The notes below the pieces were generated by a model. The model was not told the DNA's origin. It worked only from the letters and a program-made list of their open reading frames with translations, and did not search any database. Positions 62,404 through 64,000 of a stretch of 64,000 nt of DNA are shown one piece after another. The DNA comes from Ylistrum balloti. Taxonomy: Eukaryota. Positions within the stretch are counted from its first letter, which is position 1, and each line of letters opens with the position of its first letter. The position numbers and the translations under genes were made by a program. The stretch covers positions 124,001 to 188,000 of the forward strand of contig NW_026782626.1 of NCBI RefSeq assembly GCF_031769215.1. Reading direction: 5' to 3'.

Positions 62404-64000
62404 TATATAATCAAAGCACTGAAAGGCTAAACTTATTGAAAAATGTTCACAAATAACCGCAAAGCTATATTACTTTCCCCATACTCCTACACTTTGGAAC
62501 GCAAAAATTACTAAAATAAGAGAACCAGAGGCTATTTTTCTTAATTTTAAGCGATTTTATATCTTCTTTAATTCTTATTTCAAATTTGACGACAATAATG
62601 TGAACAAATCAAAATAGGTAAAAAAAATAACAAAATACACACAACCATATATTTATCGCCAACAAGCCAAATGATTAATAGCTCTATGATGAAGTTGACT
62701 AAATAAAACCTTTGAAATACCCAAGATGTTGCAATTACTATCCTATCAATATGAGGATTTAGACAAATCGAAAGGACTTTATACCTACTTCTTTATTTTG
62801 AATGTATTGCAAAGTAATAGTCCTTACTTATTGTAATTATATTTGTAGTTGAGGAAAGTAGATAATCTGTACACAGCATTTCAGATAGATTAAAGTGTGA
62901 GTAATTACATTAAATGTATTTACATGCCTATCTTCCTAGAAGTATCATGGTTAGACTTTTCTTGCAGTAATTATGTCTATAAAGACATAGTTCTTTGAGA
63001 TTAAACCAGACTTCCATATATATACAAAATTTACAATATTTTCACTATATCTACTACTATTTCTGATCTCCAATGCATTAGATAATGTCACCATGACACG
63101 CTAAATGAATAAATATGTTATGGAAATATTTCGTTCTAGTTAATTGATAATTATAAACATGAATATTTTGGGGTTTTTTTATACGCGCTTTGTTTGAAGA
63201 AATATTTTCAATTCAAGGAACTTTGATACACATTAACAAACCTTGAGAAATCAGCACAATCAACCTTCATCAAATAAAACTAAAAGACAAAAAATATAAG
63301 TTATGACAGAGTCAACATCATGATCAGTACAGTATCAAAAACATATTATTCATAAATCATGAGCACCAAATATACCTTGCCTACGTAGCGCAAACTTTCT
63401 ATCTTCAAAAACTTGAAAAAGTGTCATGGCGGTGGGTGTGAAAGACCTGAAAAAAGTGTCATATCGGCAGGTGTGCGCGTGGAACGAACAGTCCAATTCG
63501 GTGACGTCTACTGAGGTAAAGTGATGTTATATATTAAGACGATCTTGCCACAACGACAAGGATTAAAACAAAACTGATGTTCTGTTTGTAAGTTTTGTTT
63601 GTTTATAAGTGCTGTTACTTGATAATTCAAACCAAGCCCCCAGACTAGCTTCTTAACAACTCGCACGTACAGTGTTCTGTACGCTTACGTCATGTCGAGA
63701 ATTCCGTGAAATATATTGCTCAAAATTTATCAATAGTTCAACCACACTGTGCTTCTGTTTTGAAATATATAGTAATCGTATTGTTATTAAAAAAATAAAC
63801 TAATTTTGGATGCTTTTAAAATAGCGATTTGAAAGATCGCGGCATTATTTACGCAGAATATTGCCGCTAGAGGGCTCTAACTCTTTTCGATATTTCAGCC
63901 AATGAGAAGGCCAGGATTGGTAAATTTTGTCTGAAAGGCCGTAGCAATAGGCTATGCGTACGAGATATTCAGTATGATGTCTTTAAGATCATACAAATGC

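Overview
AT-rich eukaryotic genomic DNA, most consistent with a bivalve mollusc (inferred from the repeat families and Ig-exon style; the species cannot be determined). Most ORFs in the supplied track are spurious or TE-derived. The real genes are spliced and were rebuilt by hand from GT-AG boundaries and intron phase. (1) A minus-strand multi-exon locus (24319->10180) reads Ig-Ig-death-effector-like-linker-Ig-SH3-SH2-ankyrin-like, with no transmembrane exon found. Its 5' half has an in-frame TAA and an unrecoverable exon, while its 3' exons are open. (2) A complete 12-exon plus-strand animal heme peroxidase-family gene (41117-52624, 753 aa, signal peptide) has an intact frame but has lost the distal catalytic His and the heme-linking Asp and Glu. 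(3) A tail-to-tail inverted partial duplicate of that gene lies at 53571-56350. Other notable elements are three tandem minimal hammerhead ribozymes (2771-2900, minus), a ~1.65-kb 35-bp minisatellite inside the peroxidase gene, and many decayed TEs: Maverick pPolB, Penelope-like, Gypsy, DIRS, Tx1, CR1-like, Tc1/mariner, TA-flanked MITEs, a Helentron-like element and tRNA-derived SINEs. All family assignments come from motif recognition by eye, not database searches.
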